32,000 nucleotides of DNA. It comes from Erysipelothrix inopinata (lineage in GTDB: Bacteria; Bacillota_I; Bacilli_A; Erysipelotrichales; Erysipelotrichaceae). The translations under genes were made by a program, and so were the position numbers. The notes beneath the pieces were generated by a model. The model was not told the origin of the DNA, made no database searches, and saw only the letters and a list, made by a program, of their open reading frames with translations. Shown piece by piece: positions 8,616 to 15,976 of this stretch. Location: NCBI RefSeq assembly GCF_014396165.1, contig NZ_CP060715.1, forward strand, positions 1,980,001 through 2,012,000. Direction: 5' to 3'. Positions within the stretch are counted from its first letter, which is position 1. The number at the start of each line of letters is the position of its first letter.

Positions 8616-9415
8616 TGGTTATTCACCTTCTCCATAATTTCTTGTACCAGTGTTTCTTTGATACCTTCATCGTCTATTGCATCAACAATAGGCATGAGAT
8701 ATCCGGTAATGATTAATTTTAATGCATCAAGACGCGTTAAACCACGAGACTGAAGATAATAGACTTGCTCTTCATCAGGTTGCCCTACAGATGCAGCATG
8801 TGATGCCGCAACATCATTTTCATCAATCAATAACATTGGGTAGACCATACCATGTACATTCTCCCCTAAGTTCATTATCCGACTCATTTGATGGGTTTCG
8901 GAACCACTGTTTCCTTTTGAAATGCTTCCAATAATTTCAAGTTTCAACCGTGCATTATCTAAAACAATGGCATTACAAGTTACCATTGCATAACTCTTCT
9001 TAGCTTGATGATCTGCAAGGATTTTCCAATCAAGGGTATCAAAAGCAACAACAGCCCCTCTAAAATCAACATGAGAACCGAGCCCACAATATTCAATATG
9101 TGTTTCTTTCTTATGATTTCCCAGTGACATCTCACCATAGTTCGCAACAAAATGTGCATTTTCATTCATGATAATATGTTCTTTAACATGTAACACTTCG
9201 TTACTATGGTTAATCCATAGATACTTCCAATTACTATTTTCACCAACATGAATATCTAATGTCATGCTTCCTGAACCTAAAACTTCTAAATAGAGTGTTC
9301 CTTGTGTGTTAGGAAGAATTTGAAGTGTTACTGCGATATCATCACGAACATTCACTTGAAAGTGATTTAAGCCTTCACTAAGACTTAGTGTTTGTGTTTG
9401 ATCTATATTTCGCAT
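8603..9415 (-). CDS. sufD: Fe-S cluster assembly protein SufD
   Basis: 270 aa between sufC and sufS. The C-terminal SufB/D-type beta-helix and helical tail (QVYYLQSRGL...A..L) are typical of the family. Confidence 0.9.
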   Translation of the reverse strand: MRNIDQTQTLSLSEGLNHFQVNVRDDIAVTLQILPNTQGTLYLEVLGSGSMTLDIHVGENSNWKYLWINHSNEVLHVKEHIIMNENAHFVANYGEMSLGNHKKETHIEYCGLGSHVDFRGAVVAFDTLDWKILADHQAKKSYAMVTCNAIVLDNARLKLEIIGSISKGNSGSETHQMSRIMNLGENVHGMVYPMLLIDENDVAASHAASVGQPDEEQVYYLQSRGLTRLDALKLIITGYLMPIVDAIDDEGIKETLVQEIMEKVNNQWQE

Positions 9416-9416
9416 C

Positions 9417-10232
9417 TTATTTACCTACACGATCACGAATTGCACACGATTCTAAAGCGATTCGTTGTTTGTATTCCTTCTCTGTCTCGGCAGGTTTCGC
9501 ATCAATCCAATCATAACCATCTTGGTCAATCTTAGTAACAAGAGATGCATCGGATGACAATACAATCTTTCCATCCATCATGACATGTGTATGTGTTGGA
9601 CGGATAAGTTCAAAGAATCTCTCATAGTGACTCACAATGATTAAACCCATTTTACGTTTGTCTTGTTCTTCTTTTAAGACACGTGCTACAAGACCTAAAG
9701 CATCAATATCAAGTCCTGAGTCAATTTCATCAAGCATTGCGAATCGTGGTTCAAGAAGAATCATCTGTAAAATTTCATTGCGTTTCTTCTCACCGCCACT
9801 AAAGCCTTCATTTAAGAAGCGGTGTGCAAGATCCTCTTTCATTTTCAAACGCTCAACACCGGTTTCCATTGATTTAACAAACTCAAACAATCCAATGGGT
9901 GAGTCACGACGTGCATTCATTGCAGATTTCATAAAATCTGAATTAGTAACACCAGAAACTTCTTGTGGATATTGCATTCCTAAAAATAGTCCCAACTTAC
10001 TTCGTTCATCAACTTCAAGCTCTAAAACATTGATATCATCAATCATGACAGATCCTTCTGTTATCTCGTAACGTGGGTGTCCCATAATAGCTGAAAGCAA
10101 GGTAGATTTTCCATTACCATTAGGTCCCATGATAGCATGAATTTCATTTTCATTTACCACGAGATCAACACCTTTCAAGATTTTTTTACCTTCAATTTCT
10201 ACGTGAAGATTTTCAATTTTTAACTGTGCCAT
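9417..10232 (-). CDS. sufC: Fe-S cluster assembly ATPase SufC
   Basis: Walker A GPNGNGKST, ABC signature FSGGEKKR, Walker B AMLDEIDSGLD. The track start at 10268 lies inside the predicted -10 box. The ATG at 10232 (MAQLKIENL), preceded by AGAGGAAA, is preferred. Confidence 0.95.
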   Translation of the reverse strand: MAQLKIENLHVEIEGKKILKGVDLVVNENEIHAIMGPNGNGKSTLLSAIMGHPRYEITEGSVMIDDINVLELEVDERSKLGLFLGMQYPQEVSGVTNSDFMKSAMNARRDSPIGLFEFVKSMETGVERLKMKEDLAHRFLNEGFSGGEKKRNEILQMILLEPRFAMLDEIDSGLDIDALGLVARVLKEEQDKRKMGLIIVSHYERFFELIRPTHTHVMMDGKIVLSSDASLVTKIDQDGYDWIDAKPAETEKEYKQRIALESCAIRDRVGK

Positions 10233-10266
10233 TTTTCTTCGTTTCCTCTCTGATAATCGTGAATTC

Positions 10267-10275
10267 ATTATAACA
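10267..10275 (-). promoter_or_regulatory. Candidate suf operon promoter, extended -10 (TGtTATAAT)
   Basis: The minus strand reads tcTTGTGTTATAATgaattc. TATAAT corresponds to 10272-10267 and TGt to 10275-10273. No convincing -35. Confidence 0.45.
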
Positions 10276-10326
10276 CAAGATAATTTTGTTTACCTCAGTA
10301 ACTCGGTGCAAAATACACTGATATTA

Positions 10327-10355
10327 TTGCAATGGGTTTCTAAATAACCTATAAT
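10327..10355 (+). promoter_or_regulatory. Near-consensus sigma-A promoter for the PrsA-like gene pair
   Basis: TTGCAA (10327-10332), exactly 17 nt, TATAAT (10350-10355). AAGGAGGA RBS at 10368-10375, ATG at 10381. Confidence 0.65.
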
Positions 10356-10380
10356 TAATAAGATACAAAGGAGGAATCTA

Positions 10381-11349
10381 ATGATTGACAATTTAAAAAA
10401 ATATTGGTTTGTCATCGTTATTGGATTAGTTTTCATTGTTGGAATCGGATATTATAGCTCTCAACAAATGAATTCGGTTTTAAAAGGTAAAAAAGTCGAC
10501 GGTAAACATGTCGTATCAGAAATTTCAGGTGTTAATTATTTAGCTGATGACTTATATACTGATGTAGTAAAACAAAACGGGAATGGCGAACTTTATAAGT
10601 TGTTTGAAAAAGAAGTAATTTCTTCAGTTCCAACAACGGATGAAGCAAAAGAATATGGTGAAAAACAAGCTAAAGCTTTAAAATCCCAATTCGCAGAAAC
10701 AGGTAGCAAAGGATTAAAAGAAGTAGAAAACTATCTTAAATCAATGGGCTACAAAGATATTAACGAATTAAATATTTTCTTTGAAAATATGCATAAACGT
10801 GATAAATTAGTTTTTGATTTTGCAAGTGAAAACGAAGCAGAATATATCACACCGTTCTTAACACAAAATAAACCACGTATCGTGAAACACATTCTTGTGA
10901 AGATGGAAGATCCTGCAAACCCAACTGAAGCTGAACAAGCTAAGATGGATGAAGTTATTGCATCACTGAATGCAGGCGAAACATTCGACAAAGTTGCATC
11001 TGCAAAATCAGATGACACAAACTCCGCACTTCAAGGTGGACTTGTAGGTTATGTCGATGTATCCAATACACAATTAGTTCAAGAATTTAAAGATGCTGCA
11101 GTTGCTGCAGAAAATGGCGTTGTAACTGACTGGGTTCAAACAAACTTTGGTCGTCACTTAATCTTAGTTGATACAAGCATTGATAGCTTGAAAGCAAATG
11201 ATGATTTCGTAGCTGCATTTGAAAATGCAAATCCTACTGTTGGATACAAAGCAGTTTGGAAACACGCACAAACCCTTGATATTAAATATAAAGATGACGC
11301 AACAAAACAAAGTCTCTTAGATTTCATGGGCATTAAGGAGGCAGAATAA
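10381..11349 (+). CDS. PrsA-like parvulin-type peptidyl-prolyl isomerase, N-terminal TM anchor
   Basis: TM helix (YWFVIVIGLVFIVGIGYY). The parvulin domain keeps both catalytic-site His contexts (VKHILV ... FGRHLILV) and aligns with B. subtilis PrsA by eye. Confidence 0.8.
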   Translation: MIDNLKKYWFVIVIGLVFIVGIGYYSSQQMNSVLKGKKVDGKHVVSEISGVNYLADDLYTDVVKQNGNGELYKLFEKEVISSVPTTDEAKEYGEKQAKALKSQFAETGSKGLKEVENYLKSMGYKDINELNIFFENMHKRDKLVFDFASENEAEYITPFLTQNKPRIVKHILVKMEDPANPTEAEQAKMDEVIASLNAGETFDKVASAKSDDTNSALQGGLVGYVDVSNTQLVQEFKDAAVAAENGVVTDWVQTNFGRHLILVDTSIDSLKANDDFVAAFENANPTVGYKAVWKHAQTLDIKYKDDATKQSLLDFMGIKEAE

Positions 11350-12215
11350 TGAAGAAAATATTAGCTGTTTTACTTACATTAATAATGCTAACCGGTTGCT
11401 CGACAGATGCAAATGCTAAGATTTCTAACTCAGGAGAACTTGTTAATGTAAATGGTAAGTCCATTTCAGATAATGATGTCTTCGGATTAATCAAGAATGC
11501 ATATGGTACACAAAAAGTATTACAACAATCACAAAGTCAACTTGTAGAAACTATTTCAGATGAAGAAGTTGATGGTGAAGGCCGCAAGATGTTGGAAGAA
11601 TATAAGAAAACATTCGGCGATGAATTTGAAAAACTATACCAACAAATTGGTTATGAAACTGAGGAAGCATACTACAAAGATAATATTCTTGCTCAATTAA
11701 AAATGGTTAAACTCTTAAAGAATGAAATGGAAGCTGATTTCGATACACTCGTAGCTGAAAACAGCCCTCGCAAGATGAGCATCCTTCAAGTAGATAATGC
11801 TGACGATGCAGCTAAGGCTCGCGAACGTATTGCTGCTGGTGAATCAATGCAGACAGTTGCTCTCGATTATCCGAAAGCAGGTTCAACATTTAGTGGTGTT
11901 GAACAAATCTACCTTGTAAAAGGTACAGAGTTCCCTGCAGTAGTTTCTCAATTTATTAAAGAAAATGATGTTCCTGTATTAAGTGATGTCCTAGCTGTTG
12001 ATGGTGAAAACGAATCACTCAAAACAAACTACATTGTTCAACTTGTAGAAACTGATGCAAAAAACATGAAAGAAGAAGTTCTTGATACCTTTGCTAAGAA
12101 CCAAACAATGAATAATAAATACCTAGCAAAACTATTCCAAAAGAACAACTTCAAAGTTTATGATCGTCAAATTTTTGACCAAGTAACAGAAAAATATCCT
12201 GACTATCTTAAATAA
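11349..12215 (+). CDS. PrsA/SurA-like foldase lipoprotein with a degenerate parvulin domain
   Basis: Lipobox LTGC (MKKILAVLLTLIMLTGCS). Domain order resembles PrsA, but the two parvulin His positions read SILQV and YIVQLV. The start shares a TAATG overlap with the upstream gene. Confidence 0.7.
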   Translation: MKKILAVLLTLIMLTGCSTDANAKISNSGELVNVNGKSISDNDVFGLIKNAYGTQKVLQQSQSQLVETISDEEVDGEGRKMLEEYKKTFGDEFEKLYQQIGYETEEAYYKDNILAQLKMVKLLKNEMEADFDTLVAENSPRKMSILQVDNADDAAKARERIAAGESMQTVALDYPKAGSTFSGVEQIYLVKGTEFPAVVSQFIKENDVPVLSDVLAVDGENESLKTNYIVQLVETDAKNMKEEVLDTFAKNQTMNNKYLAKLFQKNNFKVYDRQIFDQVTEKYPDYLK

Positions 12216-12217
12216 TT

Positions 12218-12245
12218 AAAACCTCCTTCTCGGAGGTTTTTTCTT
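12218..12245 (+). terminator. Rho-independent terminator after the PrsA-like pair
   Basis: AAAACCTCC-ttctc-GGAGGTTTT followed by TTCTTTT. Confidence 0.8.
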
Positions 12246-12275
12246 TTACTGATGTGATATTTGATGACTGTGTTG

Positions 12276-12281
12276 TATAAT
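12276..12281 (+). promoter_or_regulatory. Candidate -10 box (TATAAT) for the HIT gene
   Basis: TATAAT lies 24 nt upstream of the ATG at 12305, with GAAGGAGA RBS in between. The -35 is weak. Confidence 0.35.
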
Positions 12282-12304
12282 ATTGACATAAGAAGGAGAA
12301 TGAT

Positions 12305-12706
12305 ATGAAAACATTATTTGAAAAGATTGCAGATCGAGAAATACCTGGAAAAATCATATGGGAAGATACTGATGTCATCGCCTTTCTAGACATCTCACAA
12401 GCTACAAAAGGACATACGCTTGTCGTACCTAAGAAAGCAACAGAATCAGTCTTAACAGCCCCTGCTGAAGTTGTAAGCAAAGTTAACTTAGTAGCCCAAA
12501 GACTCGCAAAAGATCTTGTAGAGATATTTGGAGCAGAAGGCGTCAATATCATTACTAATGCTGGTGAAACATCTGGACAAACTGTTCCCCATTACCATGT
12601 CCACATAATTCCACGTTATGCTAAAGACGAATTCAAGTTTGTACCACAACCCAATGAAATTGATATCGAAGAAGTTTACGAAACTATTATTAATACTATT
12701 AAATAA
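12305..12706 (+). CDS. HIT-family (histidine triad) nucleotide hydrolase
   Basis: Histidine triad HYHVHIIPR plus the HTLVVPKK motif. 133 aa. Confidence 0.9.
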   Translation: MKTLFEKIADREIPGKIIWEDTDVIAFLDISQATKGHTLVVPKKATESVLTAPAEVVSKVNLVAQRLAKDLVEIFGAEGVNIITNAGETSGQTVPHYHVHIIPRYAKDEFKFVPQPNEIDIEEVYETIINTIK

Positions 12707-12715
12707 TATAAACAA

Positions 12716-12741
12716 AGGTTCCCATCAAATGATGAGAACCT
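12716..12741. terminator. Shared bidirectional terminator between the convergent HIT and pnp genes
   Basis: AGGTTCcCATC-aaat-GATGaGAACCT (11-bp stem, 1 mismatch). T-rich tracts follow on both strands. Confidence 0.6.
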
Positions 12742-12748
12742 CTTTTAT

Positions 12749-14914
12749 TTATTTTTCTTCAGGAGTAGCAGGTTTTGCTTCTTCTGTTTTTACTTCTTCT
12801 TTTTTAACTTCTGGTTTAGGTAGCAATGCTTTACGAGAAACATTGATTCGACCACGATCATCAATTTCAGTTACTTTAACTTCAATGACATCACCTAGTT
12901 TTAGTACATCTTCAACTTTTTCTACACGTTCATGTGCAATCTTGGAAACATGGAGTAATCCATCTGTAGTTCCCCATAGATTTACGAATGCTCCGAATTT
13001 TTCGATACGAACAACTTTAGCCTTGTAGATTTCCCCCACTTTAGCTTCCTTAACAATTCCTTCAATGATAGTTTTCGCTTTGTTGATAGCTACTAGATCA
13101 GTATGGTAAATTACAACACGACCATCGTCTTCAATATCAATCTTTACATTGTCACAGTCTTCAATGATTTGGTTAATTACCTTACCACCTTGACCAATAA
13201 CATCACGAATCTTATCTGGAGCAATTTGTAATTGAGCAATCTTAGGAGCATATTCACCTACAGTATCACGTGGTTCAGAGATTACAGCATCCATTGCTGT
13301 CATCATTTCTGCACGACCTACTTTAGCTTGAGCAAGTGCTTCACGAAGAATTTGTTCACTTAAACCTTTAATTTTAATATCCATTTGAAGTGCTGTGATA
13401 CCTTGTTTAGTACCAGCAACTTTAAAGTCCATATCTCCAAAGTGATCTTCCATACCTTGAATATCAGTAAGGATTGTATAGTCATCACCATATTGAACAA
13501 GACCCATAGCAATACCACTTACTGCAGCTTTCACAGGAACCCCTGCAGCCATCATAGCGATTGATCCTGCACAAATTGAAGCTTGTGAGGAAGAACCATT
13601 TGACTCAAGAACTTCAGCAACAAGTCGAATTGTATAAGGGAATTCTTCAAAACTTGGTAATACATATGATAGCGCACGTTCACCTAAAGCACCGTGACCA
13701 ATTTCACGACGTCCTGGAGCTCCCATACGTCCTGTTTCCCCTACTGAATATGGAGGGAAGTTATAGTGGTGTAAGAATCGTTTTGATTCTACTTCTGTTA
13801 AGTCATCAATAATTTGAGTATCGCCGGTTGCACCTAATGTACAGACTGATAATACTTGAGTTTCACCACGAGTAAATAAACCACTACCGTGTACACGTTT
13901 CAATAAGTCGATTTGTACATCCAATGGACGAACTTCATCAACTTTACGTCCATCAGGACGAATCTTTTCAATTGAAATTAAACGACGAACTTCATCAGCA
14001 ACAATACTGTGTGTGTATTCTTTTACAAATTTTACAGCTTTATTCTTATCAGCTTCTGTTTCGTATTCCTTAGCTTCAAAGTGATCTGCAGCTTTTTCTT
14101 CAAGAACATCAATTGATTCATAGCGTTCTAGTTTCTTTTCGATTGCGACTGCTTTTCTAAGTTCAACACCAACAAGTTCTTCAATTTCGTTTTTGATTTC
14201 TTCTGGAATTTCATAAAGTGATACTTCCATCTTTTCTTTTGCTACTTCTTTAGCAATCTCAATTTGGAAGTCACATAGTTCTTGAATGTAACGGTGTCCA
14301 AACATCATAGCTTCTAAGAATTCTTCTTCAGAAACTTCTTCAGCACCCGCTTCAACCATATTGATAGCATCTTTAGTTCCCGCAACAATTAAATGCATAC
14401 GTGAACGTTCTTGTTCTTCAATAGTTGGGTTAATGATATATTCTCCATCAATTAATCCAACAACTACACCAGCAATTGGTCCTTCAAATGGTACATCTGA
14501 AATACAAAGTGCTAGAGAAGCTCCAAACATTGCAGCCATATCTGGCGCACAATCTTGATCAACAGATAAAACTGTATTCACAACTTGAACTTCATTTCTA
14601 AATCCTTCTGCAAATAAAGGACGAATCGTTCTATCAATCAAACGTGACGTTAAAGTTGCATGTTCGCTTGGACGACCCTCTCTACGTAAAAATCCGCCTG
14701 GAATCTTTCCAACAGCGTATAGTTTTTCTTCATAAGTTACTGTTAACGGGAAGAAATCGATATCTTTAGCTTTCTTACTTGCAGTTGCAGCAGATAGAAC
14801 TGCTGTATCTTCATAACGTACAAGAACTGATCCTCCAGCTTGTTTCGCAATTTCCCCAGTTTCAACGCTTAGACTTCTGCCACAGAAATCTAAATTAAAT
14901 ACTCTCTTACTCAT
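12749..14914 (-). CDS. pnp: Polyribonucleotide nucleotidyltransferase (PNPase)
   Basis: 721 aa with two RNase PH domains, KH ([11 protein letters not shown]) and S1 ([20 protein letters not shown]). A Lys/Glu-rich C-terminal tail follows. GAGGTGAA RBS. Confidence 0.97.
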   Translation of the reverse strand: MSKRVFNLDFCGRSLSVETGEIAKQAGGSVLVRYEDTAVLSAATASKKAKDIDFFPLTVTYEEKLYAVGKIPGGFLRREGRPSEHATLTSRLIDRTIRPLFAEGFRNEVQVVNTVLSVDQDCAPDMAAMFGASLALCISDVPFEGPIAGVVVGLIDGEYIINPTIEEQERSRMHLIVAGTKDAINMVEAGAEEVSEEEFLEAMMFGHRYIQELCDFQIEIAKEVAKEKMEVSLYEIPEEIKNEIEELVGVELRKAVAIEKKLERYESIDVLEEKAADHFEAKEYETEADKNKAVKFVKEYTHSIVADEVRRLISIEKIRPDGRKVDEVRPLDVQIDLLKRVHGSGLFTRGETQVLSVCTLGATGDTQIIDDLTEVESKRFLHHYNFPPYSVGETGRMGAPGRREIGHGALGERALSYVLPSFEEFPYTIRLVAEVLESNGSSSQASICAGSIAMMAAGVPVKAAVSGIAMGLVQYGDDYTILTDIQGMEDHFGDMDFKVAGTKQGITALQMDIKIKGLSEQILREALAQAKVGRAEMMTAMDAVISEPRDTVGEYAPKIAQLQIAPDKIRDVIGQGGKVINQIIEDCDNVKIDIEDDGRVVIYHTDLVAINKAKTIIEGIVKEAKVGEIYKAKVVRIEKFGAFVNLWGTTDGLLHVSKIAHERVEKVEDVLKLGDVIEVKVTEIDDRGRINVSRKALLPKPEVKKEEVKTEEAKPATPEEK

Positions 14915-14940
14915 AGGTTCACCTCAAATGTTCTGTACCA

Positions 14941-14949
14941 ATTTTAACA
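14941..14949 (-). promoter_or_regulatory. Candidate extended -10 promoter (TGtTAAAAT) for pnp
   Basis: The minus strand reads atataTGTTAAAATtggtac, about 25 nt upstream of the pnp start. Motif only. Confidence 0.35.
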
Positions 14950-15163
14950 TATATTTCACATCTTTCCCATTAAAAGTAATAAAGTGCTTTTACTTTGGTT
15001 TCATATCTAAATCAAATACGTAAACTCAATGTAGATAGTGGACCAGTAGTCTTTGCAAAACGTACATCTATATACACTCAAAAACATCTTTAACTGATGA
15101 TCCGTGGGTAACGATTCCACTAGTACTACTATCCTCGTCTTATGGAATTTCTTCACGCAATCA

Positions 15164-15340
15164 TGTGCGATTGCCCAATCCATCATAGTCATGTGTAATA
15201 TATTTACCATAGTTATTGGCTATATCTGTGAGTTGATTTGAAGCATCGCCCCCATAAATCTCTTTTAGACTATTTGAATATGCTTTATCATACTCATAGA
15301 GGCGTGTTTGTTGTTTACCGTCATTACATTCAGAATAATT
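15164..15340 (-). pseudogene. Possible relic of a YD-repeat/RHS-family gene (start-less fragment)
   Basis: Minus-strand frame reads NYSECNDGKQQTRLYEYDKAYSNSLKEIYGGDASNQLTDIANNYGKYITHDYDGLGNRT*. It contains two YD-type motifs (YEYD, DYDGLGNR). No start codon or RBS, and the flanking frames are broken. Confidence 0.25.
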
Positions 15341-15360
15341 GAAAATATAATAACAAGAAT

Positions 15361-15396
15361 AGAAAAAACTCCACTACAGCTTAGTGTGGAGTTTTG
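15361..15396 (-). terminator. Rho-independent terminator closing the giant surface-protein operon
   Basis: The minus strand reads AAAACTCCAC-actaagctgta-GTGGAGTTTT followed by TTCT. Core stem arms are at 15368-15374 and 15386-15392. It lies about 100 nt after the last gene's stop. Confidence 0.6.
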
Positions 15397-15496
15397 AGTG
15401 ATAATCAATCATATTGCACTGTATCGACTATATAAGTTTGACACTTAAACATATCAAATCGTGCTAGATTAAATTAGTATTTAGTAATTCATTAAA

Positions 15497-15961
15497 TTAT
15501 TCACTTGGCTGTGTTTCAAAACCACAATCAAGTTCTGCTTTAACAGTATAGTCTTTTTTACCAAATGGATCTTTTGGATAAATAACAGCACGGGTATTAT
15601 TGATATCACATGCTGTTTTTGTTTCTTGATTAATGAATGATTCTACGATCGTTGCATTCTTACCGTTGTCATAACGACTTAGGTTATCAAGATTGATTTT
15701 AATGCCACTTTCTGTAAAACGATTGAAGAAATCTTTAGCATCGGCTTCATCCATGTTTGCACTAACATTATCAAAGTAGAAGTTTTCATAAAAATCTGCT
15801 CCCATTTCTGTTAGTTTTGTTTCAAGAACTTTAGGTCCTTCTTTAGGTTTTAATTGAGTAAAAATTAAATAGCCAACAAGAATTACTAATACTACTCCCG
15901 TAGCAATAAGAATTCCCTTCGTTTTATTAAATCCTTTTTTCTTTTGTATTTCGTTTTCCAT
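15497..15961 (-). CDS. Small N-terminally anchored membrane protein, unknown function (last gene of the operon)
   Basis: 154 aa with a basic N-terminus, one TM helix (GILIATGVVLVILVGYLIF) and a ~115-aa extracytoplasmic domain with two Cys (KTACDINN, ELDCGF). GAGGG RBS 5 nt upstream. The start is 15 nt after the upstream stop. Confidence 0.6.
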   Translation of the reverse strand: MENEIQKKKGFNKTKGILIATGVVLVILVGYLIFTQLKPKEGPKVLETKLTEMGADFYENFYFDNVSANMDEADAKDFFNRFTESGIKINLDNLSRYDNGKNATIVESFINQETKTACDINNTRAVIYPKDPFGKKDYTVKAELDCGFETQPSE

Positions 15962-15976
15962 TTTTCCCTCTAATTT

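Noticed and set aside
9637-10071. 144-aa plus-strand ORF
   Set aside because: It is antisense to sufC, whose Walker A, signature and Walker B motifs are unambiguous. The Ser/Arg-rich junk translation fits an artefact.
10233-10268. N-terminal extensions in the ORF track, e.g. sufC MNSRLSERKRRK (also sufB at 6980, cyclo-ligase at 1078, merR at 4722, zinc-ribbon protein at 2641)
   Set aside because: In each case an internal ATG has a properly spaced Shine-Dalgarno. The longer start is a non-ATG codon, overlaps the RBS or promoter, or intrudes into the upstream gene.
12208-13028. 114-aa minus ORF (12208-12552), 75-aa minus ORF (12488-12715) and 136-aa plus ORF (12618-13028)
   Set aside because: The minus ORFs are antisense to the HIT gene. 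The 136-aa plus ORF begins in the HIT 3' end in another frame and then runs antisense to the pnp 3' end. All have Ser/Thr-rich low-complexity translations with no family features.
15007-15210. 67-aa minus-strand ORF in the pnp-upstream gap
   Set aside because: It has no RBS, an odd Cys/His-rich translation and no family features. It overlaps the frame-broken YD-like relic, so it is probably a chance ORF in decayed sequence.
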